A stretch of DNA of 64,000 nt from positions 19,336 to 83,335 of the forward strand of contig JBPOIW010000061.1 of NCBI GenBank assembly GCA_052034165.1, read 5' to 3'. The position numbers were made by a program, and so were the translations under genes. Source of the DNA: Planctomycetota bacterium (GTDB lineage: Bacteria > Planctomycetota > Planctomycetia > Planctomycetales > Planctomycetaceae). A model generated the notes under the pieces. The model saw only the letters and a program-made list of their open reading frames with translations, was not told the DNA's origin and made no database searches. Positions 63,895 to 64,000 of this stretch are shown here, one piece after another; within the stretch, counting starts at the first letter, position 1; the number at the start of each line of letters is the position of its first letter.

Positions 63895-64000
63895 CTGCAG
63901 TCTCCTCGTTCGAATAATCGCCCAGATCAATCCACACTTTCACACCAATGATCCCCATCGCCGTCTTCGACTCGGCAAAGCCATAGTCGATATGCCGACG
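63833..64000 (-). CDS. rpsC: 30S ribosomal protein S3, C-terminal part (N-terminus beyond window edge)
   Basis: Not in the track because it runs off the window. My translation ...RRHIDYGFAESKTAMGIIGVKVWIDLGDYSNEETADGANAKAGQASKKPKRAYKR* has its stop at 63833-63835 and overlaps the rplP start. Confidence 0.75.
   Translation of the reverse strand, partial: RRHIDYGFAESKTAMGIIGVKVWIDLGDYSNEETADGANAKAGQASKKPKRAYKR

Noticed and set aside
1-64000. tRNA, rRNA, tmRNA or RNase P genes; transposase, integrase or phage genes
   Set aside because: I found no cloverleaf-compatible sequence (no GGTTCGAATCC-type T-arm), no rRNA-like stretch, and no ORF with DDE, tyrosine or serine recombinase or phage structural motifs. 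The MITEs are therefore non-autonomous here.

Overview
Hand analysis only, with no tools. Repeat coordinates were indexed by eye and may be off by 1-2 nt. The window looks like a Planctomycetota chromosome segment. That is an inference from a DUF1598-type secreted protein, many four-helix-bundle and Uma2 orphan genes, an extended L17, and the gene order. It has three parts. (i) 1-38.1 kb is a cell-surface glycan locus transcribed entirely on the minus strand. It holds GT2/GT4 glycosyltransferases, five SAM methyltransferases, WecB, an FdtA-like isomerase + DegT aminotransferase + TylM1-like methyltransferase amino-sugar module, the Wzm/Wzt ABC exporter, three gmd paralogs plus fcl, a Wzc-type tyrosine autokinase, a Wzy/O-antigen-ligase-like TPR protein and a WecA-like initiating transferase. 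(ii) 38.7-55.2 kb holds housekeeping genes (cysH, mutM, folK, pyrF, a second DegT aminotransferase, a 2-hydroxyacid dehydrogenase, a doubly frameshifted kptA, a flavin reductase) and hypotheticals. (iii) 55.3-64 kb is the spc/alpha ribosomal operon (rpsC to secY, then rpmJ, rpsM, rpsK, rpoA, rplQ), with no rplX between rplN and rplE. The most unusual part is 17.1-26.3 kb, with an outlier at 15.0-15.5 kb between wzt and wzm. About ten small accessory genes sit there, all on the minus strand: three Avd/23S-IVS-type four-helix-bundle proteins, two Uma2 endonucleases, three nucleotidyltransferase-fold genes plus a remnant, and two paralogous 73-aa ORFs. Each is separated from its neighbours by arrays of degenerate 8-nt-periodic word repeats, and they are interleaved with duplicated gmd genes. 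No integrase, transposase or reverse transcriptase is present, and I cannot assign the array to a described element class. Separately, the window contains three MITE-like families with clear terminal inverted repeats and target-site duplications, two of them nested, and a family of 8-bp-stem hairpins with GNRA loops and compensatory stem changes.
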